From Paludibacteraceae bacterium (GTDB lineage: Bacteria; Bacteroidota; Bacteroidia; Bacteroidales; Paludibacteraceae), in the NCBI GenBank assembly GCA_045579505.1, contig JAZNMH010000027.1:11434-75433 (forward strand): 64,000 nt of DNA, in the 5' to 3' direction. This document shows, piece after piece, positions 33,248 to 43,204 of this stretch. Each line of letters begins with the position of its first letter. Position 1 is the stretch's first letter. Made by a program: the position numbers and the translations under genes. Under the pieces are notes generated by a model that ran no database searches, had not been told where the DNA came from, and saw nothing but the letters and a program-made list of their open reading frames with translations.

Positions 33248-34660
33248 TCAAAACTCCATTTGTTCGATATAGCTGATGCCGTTGTAGTAGCGGACTACGC
33301 AGGATTTGATGAAGTACTTCAGTTGAGCATTGAGGTGCTCGGCTTGGGCATTGAGGTGGTTGTCGGAGGATGTCTTGAGTTCGAGGGGAGAAATGAGCCC
33401 TTGCTCGAACTTCTTGCTGTTGATGGCATATGCCTCCTCTTGCGCTTTGGCTCGGCGGTCAGCTTGCCGCATGGCTGCCATTGCCCCATCACGGTCTTGC
33501 ACAGCACGCGCCATCTCTGCCTCCACTTCACGCAGCGTTTGGCGATACTCGGCTTCGGCACGGCGGTAGGCATTTTTCTTGCGCACGATATTCGACTGGC
33601 GCGATAAGCCATCGTAGATAGGGATAGACAAAGACAACTGCACATACTCGCCACTGTTATTGATGAACTGCCCTGTAAATGGCATGGCGACATAGTCCTG
33701 CGCATTGGGATAGGTGTAGTAACCCGTTGACCAACCGCCCGAGAGGGAGAGAGATGGAGCCAATCGCCAACGCGCTGTGCTGAGGTCAAGTTGGGCATTA
33801 GCCATGCGATAGGCAGCCAGTTCGACGGATGGGTGGTGAAGAGCTTCGCTATTAGATACTAGACCGCCTGCGGCTGTTAGACCGCTCTCGTGGCTCGTTG
33901 TTAGATTCTCGGTGCTCTGGAGGTCGATGAGCAATTCGTGGTCTTCCTCCCACAGCATGAGGTCTTGGAGGGTCATGCGGGCGTCGTTGAGTTGGTTGGT
34001 CATGGTGATGTATTGATATTCTCGCTCAGCGAGGTCGGCTTCGAGTTGGATGATATCAGCATGGCTTTTCTGCCCCAATTGTTCTTGGCGTTGTGCCAAT
34101 TGCAGGTTATTGGTGGCAGTAGTAACTTGGAGTTGCAGTGCTTCGGCCATTTGGGTGAAATAGAGCACATTGCAGTATGCCTCCATGACTGCGAGGCAGA
34201 TTTGGTCGCGCAGTTGTTGCTCCTCTGTGATACCCATCTTGATGGCAGTCTTGGTGATTTTGAGGTTGTTGACTGCCGCAAAACCGTTGAACAGCGTGAT
34301 AGCACCCGACAGGGAGTAGCCGTTGTTAAACGAGGTGGTGGAGATATAACTATTAGTTTCGGGATCGATACCGCGTCCGAAGTTCAACGAGGCGTATGTG
34401 CTGCCTTGAATAGTAGGAGTGAAGGCACGGAGGATAGCTTCGCGGCGTGCAATGCGGGCATCATTGTTGTTGGCGTGTTGGATTTCCATTTTCGCAGAAT
34501 GGGCGATGGCATACTCCATACAGTCGCGGAGAGAGTATGAGCGATTGGCGATTGGCAATTGGCTATTGGGCGCAGTTGCAGCACTTGTGGCGATTTGTGC
34601 GATAGCAGGATATATACTTAGGCACAAAAGTAAAAGGATAGTATATTGCTTCATAAACAT
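33248..34660 (-). CDS. TolC-family outer-membrane efflux channel
   Basis: About 470 aa counted from the ATG at 34660 (MFMKQYTILLLL..). It has a signal peptide and two TolC-type repeat halves with coiled coils. The ORF-track start at 34699 would overlap the sigma-54 promoter. Confidence 0.88.
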   Translation of the reverse strand: MFMKQYTILLLLCLSIYPAIAQIATSAATAPNSQLPIANRSYSLRDCMEYAIAHSAKMEIQHANNNDARIARREAILRAFTPTIQGSTYASLNFGRGIDPETNSYISTTSFNNGYSLSGAITLFNGFAAVNNLKITKTAIKMGITEEQQLRDQICLAVMEAYCNVLYFTQMAEALQLQVTTATNNLQLAQRQEQLGQKSHADIIQLEADLAEREYQYITMTNQLNDARMTLQDLMLWEEDHELLIDLQSTENLTTSHESGLTAAGGLVSNSEALHHPSVELAAYRMANAQLDLSTARWRLAPSLSLSGGWSTGYYTYPNAQDYVAMPFTGQFINNSGEYVQLSLSIPIYDGLSRQSNIVRKKNAYRRAEAEYRQTLREVEAEMARAVQDRDGAMAAMRQADRRAKAQEEAYAINSKKFEQGLISPLELKTSSDNHLNAQAEHLNAQLKYFIKSCVVRYYNGISYIEQMEF

Positions 34661-34682
34661 TTTGTTGATTTGCCATATCCTA

Positions 34683-34698
34683 TCCAAAGGGCGTGCCA
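34683..34698 (-). promoter_or_regulatory. Sigma-54-like promoter of the TolC-family gene
   Basis: The reverse strand reads TGGCACGccctTTGGa, which is the consensus except for the C of the -12 GC. The spacing to the upstream palindrome (56 nt) is the same as at 28511. Confidence 0.5.
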
Positions 34699-34753
34699 AA
34701 GCTCACAAAGTGCTGATTATCTGCACTTTGACCTCTTAGCATATTTGCGAGAG

Positions 34754-34793
34754 TGTAAAGAAACTTTACAAAAGGGTGTAAAGGAAATTGACA
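34754..34793 (-). promoter_or_regulatory. Second copy of the candidate NtrC-type enhancer
   Basis: The palindrome TGTAAAGaaaCTTTACA is followed by TGTAAAG 23 nt on and then AATTGACA. Confidence 0.6.
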
Positions 34794-34825
34794 TTCGCGT
34801 TCGGAAACTATACTATTTGTAAGGA

Positions 34826-34870
34826 CAACAAAAAAAGAGAGGGTGCGTCAGACTAACTGACACACCCTCT
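34826..34870 (-). terminator. Rho-independent terminator of the M16 peptidase gene
   Basis: On the minus strand AGAGGGTGtGTCAG-loop-CTGACgCACCCTCT is followed by a T-run of about 7 nt. It lies 44 nt after the stop at 34914. Confidence 0.7.
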
Positions 34871-34913
34871 TTATTTAGTAGAAAATAATTCCCTACAATT
34901 GCTTGATTCGCGC

Positions 34914-37712
34914 TTATGGCAGCATCACTACCTCGAACATGTTGCCTGCATCTACCAGTTTCTTCAAGGTCGCTTGAACAGTCTCCGCAGTAATTGCCTC
35001 AACAGCGGCCTTGTAGTCGGTCACATAGTTGATACCATGCTTATAGTAGTTGGTCAGCACATCTTCCCAGTAACCATTCTTCTCCAAGTCCTCCTCAAAG
35101 TCTTTGAGCATAGACTCTTTCTCCTTTTGCAAGTCTTTCGCCAATGGACCATTCTCCACGATAGTATTCACCTCCTCATGGATAATGCTCATGAGTTTCT
35201 CTTGCTTCTCTGGGTCGGTATCAAACTGCATAATAAGTTGTGCGTATGGCACTGGATAACGGTTCATCCAACCTGCACAACCTACGCCATACGAACCACC
35301 CTCGCGCTCGCGGATAGACTCCAAATAGCGAGTAGAAAGGATACGACCAATCATCTCCATATTCAGGTCATTGGCCAAGGTATAAGGCATATCGTATGAA
35401 GTATATTGGATACGGTTGCTGGCTGTCTTGGTCTCCATCTTACGGGTGAAGTAGTTCTTCTGTACGCCCATTGCCACGCGAACCTTATCATCCGCAGCTT
35501 TCTCCAATTTCTTAGTGGTCTTCAGTCCGCCCAACCATGTGCAAACCATAGCTTGGAACGCAGGGTCAGCAGGATCTACATTACCCACGAACAAGTAAGT
35601 GAAGTCCGCAGGATTAGCAAAACGTGCCTTATACACCTCCAAGGCCTTATCCAATGAAACTTTCTCCAACAAAGACTTATCCAAGATAATAGTGCGGTCA
35701 GAATAGTTGCTTGCCATCATTTGAACTGAGTCAGACCATGCTACCTTAGGGTTCTTGTCGCGGTTAGCCAATTGCGAATCCAAGATACTGAGCAGGGTTT
35801 GATAAGACTCCTCGTCGCGACGTGGAGCAGTGAGGTAGAGGTAGTTCAGTTGGAGCAGTGTCTCCAGATCCTTAATCGTACTTGAACCACTGAGGCTCTC
35901 GCCATATGCGCTGATACTTGGGCTTAGCGAAACGCGCTTACCTGTCAATGCTTTTTGCAAATCGGTAGCGTTCATATCTGCCAAACCGCCCAACGCTACT
36001 ACATCCGTAGCCAATGCTGCAGAAGGAAGATCCGCTGTAGCCACCAACGAACGACCACCCTCAGAGAAAGCATAGAGGTAAATCTCGTCTTGCTTGAATT
36101 GGGTAGGCTTCACTACCACGCGAACGCCATTCGACAATTTCCACTCGGTAGTTCCCAATGTTTCGTTGTATGCAGTCTTCTTGATCTTACCTGCCTTAGG
36201 AGCAGTCTCCACAAGGTTCTCACGGATAGTTTCCTCCACTGGTGCTTCGATCTCCTCGTTCTTCACCGCAGCCAACATCTCGATAGCCTCTGCTTCGGTA
36301 GGAAGCACTACCTCCTTTGCCTCTGGTGCTTGGAAGGAGATAATCAAGTTGTGGTCAGTTATCAATTGTTGAGCCATTTGGTTGAGCATATCCACGTTGA
36401 TCATAGGCAGGATTTGTTGAATCATCTCATATTCCCACTTGATGCCAGGAATAGGTGAGCCGTCCAAGTAGTGGCGGATATACTCTTGTGCGTGCGCAAT
36501 GTTACGAACGGTGTTGCGCTCGTTGTAGGCTTTCTCGTATGCTGCCAACGTCTCTTTCTTCACGCGGTCTAACTCTGCATTGGTAAAGCCATAGCGACGC
36601 ATCTTCTCCAATTGGGTCAAAAGGTCTTTGTATGCTGCGACTTCCTGTCCTTGTTTTGCCAAATAGATTGCCACAAACGCATCTTTCTCTTTTACCAACT
36701 CGCCATAGTACGAACCTGCACCTACGAACGTCGCCTCTGGTTTCATCGCTAACTCAGAAAGACGGTTGTTGAACATATCGCATACAAGCTCAAGAGCAAT
36801 AGTTTGCCGGTAATCCACGTTTGTTCCGCGCAATTGCTTAGGCAACTGCTCTTTCTTGAACTCCAACTCAATGCGGGTGTATTGTGCCTCCTTATCACGC
36901 ACGATAGCCACGATGGGTTGCTCATTGTCGTTTACTGAGTACAATGGACGCTCGCCACGGTTCTCGCGTGCAGGTACATTTGCCCAAAGGGCTTTAATCT
37001 TTTGTTCTATTTGATCTACATCAATATCACCTACTACGATAATTGCTTGGTTGTCTGGACCATACCATTTCTTGTAATAGTCGCGGAGCGCATCGTAAGC
37101 GAAGTTGTTGATTACCGCGGTATCACCAATCACATCGCGTTTAGCGTATTGGCTGCCTGGGTATTTCAGTGGGTTGATGGCTTTCCACATACGACGGTTG
37201 GCTTGTGCGCCTGTGCGCCACTCCTCACGGATAACACCACGCTCTGCATCTATCTCTTCTGGCAACAGCAGCAAACCGCATGCCCAATCGTGCATCACGA
37301 GCAACGCAGAGTCAATGATACCCTCGCGAACGGTTGGCACCTCGCTGAGACGATACACAGTCTCATCCAAGGAGGTATAAGCGTTAATGTTTCCACCGAA
37401 GTTCACACCGATAGACTCAAAGTACTCGATGATACCTTTGCCTGCAAAGTGTTCTGTACCGTTGAACGCCATGTGCTCAAGGAAGTGCGCCAAACCGTTT
37501 TGGTGGTCTTCTTCGAGGATTGCACCTACTGCTTGTGCGATATGGAACTCGGCACGTTGCTTAGGGTATTCATTGTGACGAATGTAATAAGTCAGACCAT
37601 TCTCCAACTTACCCACGCGCACTGCTGAATCAATAGGCAGTGGTTGTGGTTGTTGCGCTGCCATCGTGAGCGACAACGCCAGCACGAGAGTGCTTAAGAT
37701 AAATCGTTTCAT
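34914..37712 (-). CDS. M16-family (insulinase/pitrilysin-like) zinc peptidase, two-module form
   Basis: About 932 aa counted from the ATG at 37712 (MKRFILSTLVLALSL..). It carries the HxxEH motif in GLAHFLEHMAFNGT. Confidence 0.9.
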   Translation of the reverse strand: MKRFILSTLVLALSLTMAAQQPQPLPIDSAVRVGKLENGLTYYIRHNEYPKQRAEFHIAQAVGAILEEDHQNGLAHFLEHMAFNGTEHFAGKGIIEYFESIGVNFGGNINAYTSLDETVYRLSEVPTVREGIIDSALLVMHDWACGLLLLPEEIDAERGVIREEWRTGAQANRRMWKAINPLKYPGSQYAKRDVIGDTAVINNFAYDALRDYYKKWYGPDNQAIIVVGDIDVDQIEQKIKALWANVPARENRGERPLYSVNDNEQPIVAIVRDKEAQYTRIELEFKKEQLPKQLRGTNVDYRQTIALELVCDMFNNRLSELAMKPEATFVGAGSYYGELVKEKDAFVAIYLAKQGQEVAAYKDLLTQLEKMRRYGFTNAELDRVKKETLAAYEKAYNERNTVRNIAHAQEYIRHYLDGSPIPGIKWEYEMIQQILPMINVDMLNQMAQQLITDHNLIISFQAPEAKEVVLPTEAEAIEMLAAVKNEEIEAPVEETIRENLVETAPKAGKIKKTAYNETLGTTEWKLSNGVRVVVKPTQFKQDEIYLYAFSEGGRSLVATADLPSAALATDVVALGGLADMNATDLQKALTGKRVSLSPSISAYGESLSGSSTIKDLETLLQLNYLYLTAPRRDEESYQTLLSILDSQLANRDKNPKVAWSDSVQMMASNYSDRTIILDKSLLEKVSLDKALEVYKARFANPADFTYLFVGNVDPADPAFQAMVCTWLGGLKTTKKLEKAADDKVRVAMGVQKNYFTRKMETKTASNRIQYTSYDMPYTLANDLNMEMIGRILSTRYLESIREREGGSYGVGCAGWMNRYPVPYAQLIMQFDTDPEKQEKLMSIIHEEVNTIVENGPLAKDLQKEKESMLKDFEEDLEKNGYWEDVLTNYYKHGINYVTDYKAAVEAITAETVQATLKKLVDAGNMFEVVMLP

Positions 37713-37725
37713 AACCTTATATATT

Positions 37726-39798
37726 TTATTGGATCGTTTCACTTGTAGATGGTAGATCGGCAACCTCTTCCGCTTTTTTCTTGCGTGGAGCGCGTTTCTT
37801 TTTGGGTTTCTCTTCCTCGCCTTTCAGCCTCATCGCCTCATTCGCCTCTATGATTTCGTCTGTACGACTTGCCCAAGGACGGGGGCCCAATACCGAAGCC
37901 ACATCATCGGAAGTGATGACTTCTTTTTCAATCAACATCTCTGCCAACTTATTGTGTCCTTCGGCATTCTCTTGCAAAATCTTCTTCGCACGCGCCATCT
38001 GTTCGGCGATGATTGCACGGGTCTCGCTGTCAATCACTTCTGCCGTCTTCTCCGAGTAGGGTTTGGTGATACCCATGTCGTAGCGACCTGTAGAATCGTA
38101 GTAACTCAAGTTCTTCAGTTTGTCGGACATTCCGTAGTATGCCACCATGGCGTATGCCTGTTTGGTGGCACGTTCCAGGTCATTGAGTGCACCTGTGGAG
38201 GTCTGTTGCAGGAACACTTCCTCCGCAGCGCGACCGCCCAAGAGCGAACAGAGATTATCCATGATATGCTCTTTGTTAGTCAGTTGTCGCTCCTCTGGCA
38301 GATACCATGCAGCACCTAATGCCACGCCGCGAGGCACGATAGTTACTTTCACCAACGGATTGCCATAGCGCAACAGCCACGAGATAGTGGCGTGTCCTGC
38401 CTCATGATATGCCACCGAACGTTTTTCTTCTTCGGTCATAATCTTGTTCTTGCGCTCCAAGCCACCTATGATTCGGTCCACGGCGTCCATAAAGTCTTGT
38501 TTATTGACACTCTTATGGTCATTACGCGCTGCTATCAATGCTGCCTCGTTGCACACGTTCGCAATATCTGCACCCGAGAAACCAGGCGTTTGTTTCGCCA
38601 AGAAGTTGATGTCCAAGTCCTTATCTATCTTGATGCCTGCTATATGCACACCAAATATCTCTTTACGTTCTTGCAAGTCGGGCAACTCCACATGTATCTG
38701 CCTGTCAAAACGCCCTGCACGCAGCAACGCTGCATCCAACACATCCGCACGGTTAGTGGCTGCCAAGATAATCACACCCGAGTTACTGCCAAAGCCGTCC
38801 ATCTCAGTAAGTAACTGATTCAGTGTGGATTCACGTTCATCGTTTCCGCCACCCACCATGTTGTTGCGACCACGAGCACGACCCACTGCATCAATCTCAT
38901 CAATGAATATGATTGCAGGTGCTTTCTCTTTGGCTTGACGGAATAGGTCGCGCACGCGACTCGCACCTACGCCCACAAACATCTCCACAAAGTCGCTACC
39001 CGACATCGAGAAGAATGGCACATTCGCCTCGCCTGCCACGGCCTTAGCGAGCAATGTCTTACCTGTTCCGGGAGGGCCTACAAGCAGCACGCCTTTGGGT
39101 ATCTTACCGCCCAAGTTGGTGTATTTGGTAGGGTTCTTGAGGAAAGAGACTATCTCTTCCACTTCTTGTTTTGCGCCTGCCAGACCAGCCACATCCTTGA
39201 AGGTTACTTTGTTTTTCTTATCCTTGTCAAACACCTCTGCTTTGGCTTTGCCTACGTTGAAGATACCGCCAGGACCGCCTCCCGCAGCGTTTGCCACACC
39301 GCGACTCATCCATACAAAGAACAAGATAATCAGTGCGATAGGCAGTATATTCACCAATATCAGATACCAATAGTCTTTTGACTTAGCATAACTGACATCA
39401 ATAGCGGCCTTGCCTTGCTCTTTGCGTGTAATGTTCACATTATCAATGTACTTTGCAAACTCTTCCACCGAAGGTATTTGTGCTTTCAGTTCGCCTTTCA
39501 CTTTCTCGCCTGCCTCTTGATTGCCAAACACCAGTGCATAACTCTCTGGGCGAATCTTCGCTGTGGCGGTATTGTCGTCATACACGGTCAAGGATGCCAC
39601 GGCGTTATTATCGACATACGCAGTGAACTTTGTGTAACTAAGGTCTTTCTCCACAGCATTTTCGCCTCCCATGGGGAAGAAGAAAAATACCAGCAGACCT
39701 ATCATCACAGCGTAATAGAGCCAAGTCAGCGGCGAACGCTTTGGCTTATTGTTTTGGTTGTTGATTTGGTTTGGGCGTTTAGGTTTCTGTTCTGCCAT
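37726..39798 (-). CDS. ftsH: ATP-dependent zinc metalloprotease FtsH
   Basis: 690 aa with two TMs, Walker [22 protein letters not shown] and the zinc site HEAGHA. Confidence 0.97.
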   Translation of the reverse strand: MAEQKPKRPNQINNQNNKPKRSPLTWLYYAVMIGLLVFFFFPMGGENAVEKDLSYTKFTAYVDNNAVASLTVYDDNTATAKIRPESYALVFGNQEAGEKVKGELKAQIPSVEEFAKYIDNVNITRKEQGKAAIDVSYAKSKDYWYLILVNILPIALIILFFVWMSRGVANAAGGGPGGIFNVGKAKAEVFDKDKKNKVTFKDVAGLAGAKQEVEEIVSFLKNPTKYTNLGGKIPKGVLLVGPPGTGKTLLAKAVAGEANVPFFSMSGSDFVEMFVGVGASRVRDLFRQAKEKAPAIIFIDEIDAVGRARGRNNMVGGGNDERESTLNQLLTEMDGFGSNSGVIILAATNRADVLDAALLRAGRFDRQIHVELPDLQERKEIFGVHIAGIKIDKDLDINFLAKQTPGFSGADIANVCNEAALIAARNDHKSVNKQDFMDAVDRIIGGLERKNKIMTEEEKRSVAYHEAGHATISWLLRYGNPLVKVTIVPRGVALGAAWYLPEERQLTNKEHIMDNLCSLLGGRAAEEVFLQQTSTGALNDLERATKQAYAMVAYYGMSDKLKNLSYYDSTGRYDMGITKPYSEKTAEVIDSETRAIIAEQMARAKKILQENAEGHNKLAEMLIEKEVITSDDVASVLGPRPWASRTDEIIEANEAMRLKGEEEKPKKKRAPRKKKAEEVADLPSTSETIQ

Positions 39799-39806
39799 AT
39801 CACTCT

Positions 39807-39838
39807 AATTCTTAATTCAAAATTCTTAATTCAAAATT
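39807..39838. repeat. 14-nt tandem repeat (AATTCTTAATTCAA, 2.3 copies) between rsfS and ftsH
   Basis: It reads aattcttaattcaa aattcttaattcaa aatt. A related word, AATTAAGAATTGAGAG, occurs in inverted orientation at 43199-43214. Confidence 0.8.
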
Positions 39839-40202
39839 ACACCTCAGGTATTTCGGTAATCTTGCCATCAGCCCACAAGTGCTCAATGTCGTAGTATGCA
39901 CGTGGTTCGCGTTGCATGATATGTACGAAGATATTGCCATAATCCAGTACTATCCACTCTGCGTTGTCGCGTCCATCTACGAATAGTGGGTGTACGTGTG
40001 TTTGTGTACGAACGAAACTATCCACTTCATCTGCTATTGCTGCCACTTGTGTGTTCGAGCCGCCCTCTGCGATGATAAAATACTCCGCAGGTGCAATAGG
40101 TAGTTTGCGTAAATCCACAGTCACGATACGCTGTCCCTTACGATTCTGAATACCCTCTACAATCGTTTCTACTAATTTCTTTGTTGATACTTCTTTTTTC
40201 AT
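39837..40202 (-). CDS. rsfS: Ribosome silencing factor RsfS (iojap family)
   Basis: 121 aa. KGQRIVTVDLRKL..AEYFIIAEGGSNTQVAAIADEV...EWIVLDYGNIFVHIM is the typical RsfS pattern. Confidence 0.9.
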   Translation of the reverse strand: MKKEVSTKKLVETIVEGIQNRKGQRIVTVDLRKLPIAPAEYFIIAEGGSNTQVAAIADEVDSFVRTQTHVHPLFVDGRDNAEWIVLDYGNIFVHIMQREPRAYYDIEHLWADGKITEIPEV

Positions 40203-40332
40203 TATAATAACTTGTTTCTATGTTTCTAATGTTGAATGCGCGATGCGCTTGTTTCAAAATCACTACAAATTTCGCGCCAAAGGCAAACCGTCTGCCATTT
40301 TGGCATATTCCTGCATTGTATAAAAATCCGTG

Positions 40333-40340
40333 CAAAGGTA
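40333..40340 (-). promoter_or_regulatory. -7 promoter box (TACCTTTG) upstream of rsfS
   Basis: The reverse strand reads TACCTTTG. On the minus strand it is preceded by a short hairpin and T-run (40341-40375) that may terminate the upstream gene. Confidence 0.4.
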
Positions 40341-40409
40341 CAAAAAAAAACGCACTTCTGCAAGAGATATGCGTTTTTTCTATCATTTTCTACTTCGAGT
40401 GTTCACTTT

Positions 40410-41084
40410 TCAGTTTTTCTTTTCCGATCCCGCCTTATCATTTTCCTCGTCTAAATCGGACATTTCTTCAATTTGACGGATATATTCGTCCCATTCTGTT
40501 GTGCGTTTTTTTCTTCCTGTCTTTTTTCTAATCCATTCACCACATTTCACTCGCCATTCTGGAAAACATAAATCCAATAACGCTACTAAAATTAACAAAG
40601 CAAACAACACTATACTATGCACAGTAAAATTAAACGTACCATTGTCATACATATTCACCAATAATTGAACTATAACTAAGATAAGGAACACTCTATACAC
40701 GATTCTTTCTTTCTTTCCTGCATTAATAGGGGTGCTCATTTTACGTATTTGCTCTTTTACCGTTCGCAAATTTCCAGAGCGAATATCTCTTAACTTTACG
40801 ATTGAAGTCCCTATAATTAACATGGTTAGCATTATCGTTGTTGTTAATGTAACCAATATTAGTTCCAAGTCTATATGCGTACCATCAAACCACGCAAAGT
40901 TCATTATCCATAATACAACCATTGGCGTTGCTATGAGTGAGATACCTACCCACATGAAGACTTTAAAGCGCAATGCCTTCCTAAACATCAATTTTCGCAA
41001 GTTCTTTTCATTGACTATCTCCTGCTTATTCAATTTCTCTTTCAGCGCAGCCAGTTGCTCGCGCATTTCTTGCAATTCATCCAT
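40410..41084 (-). CDS. Hypothetical membrane protein downstream of the ECF sigma factor (possible anti-sigma or partner)
   Basis: 224 aa with an N-terminal coiled coil followed by about 4 TM segments. It lies 20 nt downstream of the sigma factor gene. Confidence 0.5.
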   Translation of the reverse strand: MDELQEMREQLAALKEKLNKQEIVNEKNLRKLMFRKALRFKVFMWVGISLIATPMVVLWIMNFAWFDGTHIDLELILVTLTTTIMLTMLIIGTSIVKLRDIRSGNLRTVKEQIRKMSTPINAGKKERIVYRVFLILVIVQLLVNMYDNGTFNFTVHSIVLFALLILVALLDLCFPEWRVKCGEWIRKKTGRKKRTTEWDEYIRQIEEMSDLDEENDKAGSEKKN

Positions 41085-41104
41085 AATATATCTATTTTAT
41101 AAGG

Positions 41105-41581
41105 TTAATGGTTTTTCTTCAACTCTTCGCGGATACGAACCAAGCGCACCGATACATTTTTGGCACTGATACCTACAATTTCCCCGATTTCATCGTAACT
41201 CAGGTTCTCCAACCACAGCATAATAATCGCCCTGTCAAACACGCCCAACCGATGAATCCGCTTGTAGAGCATCTGCACTTGCTCCATGTCTTTGTCATTT
41301 TCATCGAACAAGTCAATATCCACCGCCAACGGGATACGCTCGCCACGGCGTTTCTCTTTTCTGTCCATCGAGATACAGGTGTTCATTGTCACGCGATACA
41401 CCCATGTCTCAATCTTACTCTCGTTGCGAAATTTCTTATAGCCCTGCCACAGATGAATCAATGTCTCTTGAAAGAGATCATCTATCTCATCTTTGTCTTT
41501 GGAGAACATATAGCAGATACTATATATCGTGCTCTTCTGCTCCTTGACCAGGGCTGCAAATTCTTTTTCTTCTTGTTTCAT
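41105..41581 (-). CDS. ECF-type RNA polymerase sigma-70 family factor
   Basis: 158 aa. Region 2 is DLFQETLIHLWQGYKKFRNESKIETWVYRVTMNTCIS. Region 4 is LSYDEIGEIVGISAKNVSVRLVRIREEL. Confidence 0.9.
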   Translation of the reverse strand: MKQEEKEFAALVKEQKSTIYSICYMFSKDKDEIDDLFQETLIHLWQGYKKFRNESKIETWVYRVTMNTCISMDRKEKRRGERIPLAVDIDLFDENDKDMEQVQMLYKRIHRLGVFDRAIIMLWLENLSYDEIGEIVGISAKNVSVRLVRIREELKKNH

Positions 41582-41620
41582 ATCTCTCGTTTGTTTTTAT
41601 GCTACCTTTCCCCTGTAAAT

Positions 41621-41675
41621 CTTAGGTGATTCTTAGGTGATTCATAGGTGATTCATAGGTTATTCGTAGGTTATT
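41621..41675. repeat. Five 11-nt tandem units (CnTAGGTnATT) about 40 nt upstream of the ECF sigma gene
   Basis: The units read cttaggtgatt / cttaggtgatt / cataggtgatt / cataggttatt / cgtaggttatt. Confidence 0.85.
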
Positions 41676-41810
41676 AAGCACTTCTATAAGGCACATCAGC
41701 GTACCCTCAGACCACCCAAACACATACATTTCCCCACCGTTAAACGGGCACAAATTTTCTATATTTCTTTCAAAAACACGTTTTTTCTTGCGTATATCAC
41801 TTTTTTTTTG

Positions 41811-41818
41811 TACCTTTG
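41811..41818 (+). promoter_or_regulatory. -7 promoter box (TACCTTTG) for the lipid kinase/dut cluster
   Basis: TACCTTTG lies 47 nt upstream of the ATG at 41865. Confidence 0.45.
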
Positions 41819-41864
41819 CGCGATATTTTGTGCTTATGCACAGCAATTAACAAAGCAACGACTT

Positions 41865-42743
41865 ATGAAGAATATAGCATTTATCGTAAACCCTATTTCG
41901 GGGACTAAGACTAAAAACCGCATAGCCAAACTGATCCGCGAGCTTTTAGATCCGCTACAGTTTGCGCCCACTGTGGTTGTAACAGAGTATGCGGGACACG
42001 CCACGCAGTTGGCGCAGCAGTTCGCCATGCAGGAATACTACGCGGTAGTAGCAGTAGGTGGCGATGGCACTGTCAATGAGGTTGCCAGCGGACTGATTGG
42101 CACGAACACCGCACTCGGTATCATTCCCAATGGTAGTGGCAACGGGTTTGCGCGCCATTTGGACATTTCTACCCGCATGAACCGCGCTGTCGAAATGTTA
42201 AACAGCAGCGAGATCATCAATGTGGATTATGGTATGGTGAATAACCAACCTTTCTTTTCCACTTGCGGAGTGGGGTTTGATGCGGTAGTGGCACAAGATT
42301 TCTCCGACAGCAGTCGTGGATTAAAAGGATATATCCAAAGCATTTTCAAAGACCTATTTCAGTACAAACCAGAAACCTACCACCTCAAAGGCAATGGTAT
42401 TGACCTCACAACCACCGCTTTTCTCATCAATTTCGCCAATGCAGGACAATGGGGTTATGATGCTTATATCGCTCCTAAAGCCAGTGTGCAAGATGGTTGG
42501 TTGGACGTGGCGGTTGTCAGTGAGTTTCCTATGGTGGCAGCACCAGGATTGGCATTAAGTTTGTTCATCAAGAATATTGATGAGAAACTACATCTCAACA
42601 CCCTGCGTGCCAAAGAGCTCACCCTCACACGCCAGAGCGAGGGAGTAGCGCATATCGACGGAACACCCGTTACTATGCCTGCTCAGCTGCATGTCAAGAT
42701 TGTGGAAGATGGACTCAAAGTATTGGTAAAAAAGCGTTTTTAA
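41865..42743 (+). CDS. Diacylglycerol/lipid kinase family protein (YegS/BmrU-like)
   Basis: 292 aa counted from the ATG at 41865 ([13 protein letters not shown]). It carries the GGDGTVNEV motif. Confidence 0.88.
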   Translation: MKNIAFIVNPISGTKTKNRIAKLIRELLDPLQFAPTVVVTEYAGHATQLAQQFAMQEYYAVVAVGGDGTVNEVASGLIGTNTALGIIPNGSGNGFARHLDISTRMNRAVEMLNSSEIINVDYGMVNNQPFFSTCGVGFDAVVAQDFSDSSRGLKGYIQSIFKDLFQYKPETYHLKGNGIDLTTTAFLINFANAGQWGYDAYIAPKASVQDGWLDVAVVSEFPMVAAPGLALSLFIKNIDEKLHLNTLRAKELTLTRQSEGVAHIDGTPVTMPAQLHVKIVEDGLKVLVKKRF

Positions 42744-42754
42744 CAACTCTTTTC

Positions 42755-43201
42755 ATGGATAATAGTATGGAGATAAAAATCATCAACCGAAGCAACAACC
42801 CGCTGCCACGTTACGAGAGTGCACAAGCAGCAGGCATGGATATCCGCTGCCACTTGGCAGAGTCAGTCACCCTACAACCCTTGGAGCGCAAACTGCTGCC
42901 TACGGGTCTTTATATTGAGTTGCCTGTAGGCTATGAAGCACAAATTCGCCCTCGCAGTGGCTTGGCTCTCAAACGCGGACTGACCGTGCTGAACACCCCA
43001 GGCACCATTGATGCGGACTATCGTGGCGAGATTGGTGTTATACTCATCAACCTCAGCCAAGAACCACAAACCATTGAGCCAGGAGAACGGATTTGCCAAA
43101 TGGTCATTGCTAAACACGAACAACCCCAACTGATTGAGGTCGAGGTGCTTGGCGAGACAGAGCGCGGAGCAGGAGGATTTGGACATAGCGGAAGTAATTA
43201 A
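42755..43201 (+). CDS. dut: dUTP diphosphatase
   Basis: 148 aa with motifs [31 protein letters not shown] and GGFGHSG. Confidence 0.95.
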   Translation: MDNSMEIKIINRSNNPLPRYESAQAAGMDIRCHLAESVTLQPLERKLLPTGLYIELPVGYEAQIRPRSGLALKRGLTVLNTPGTIDADYRGEIGVILINLSQEPQTIEPGERICQMVIAKHEQPQLIEVEVLGETERGAGGFGHSGSN

Positions 43202-43204
43202 GAA

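Noticed and set aside
41622-41846. 74-aa minus-strand ORF covering the 11-mer array upstream of the ECF sigma gene
   Set aside because: Its C-terminal half is a translation of the tandem repeat, and its 5' part overlaps the opposite-strand promoter. It is not protein-like.
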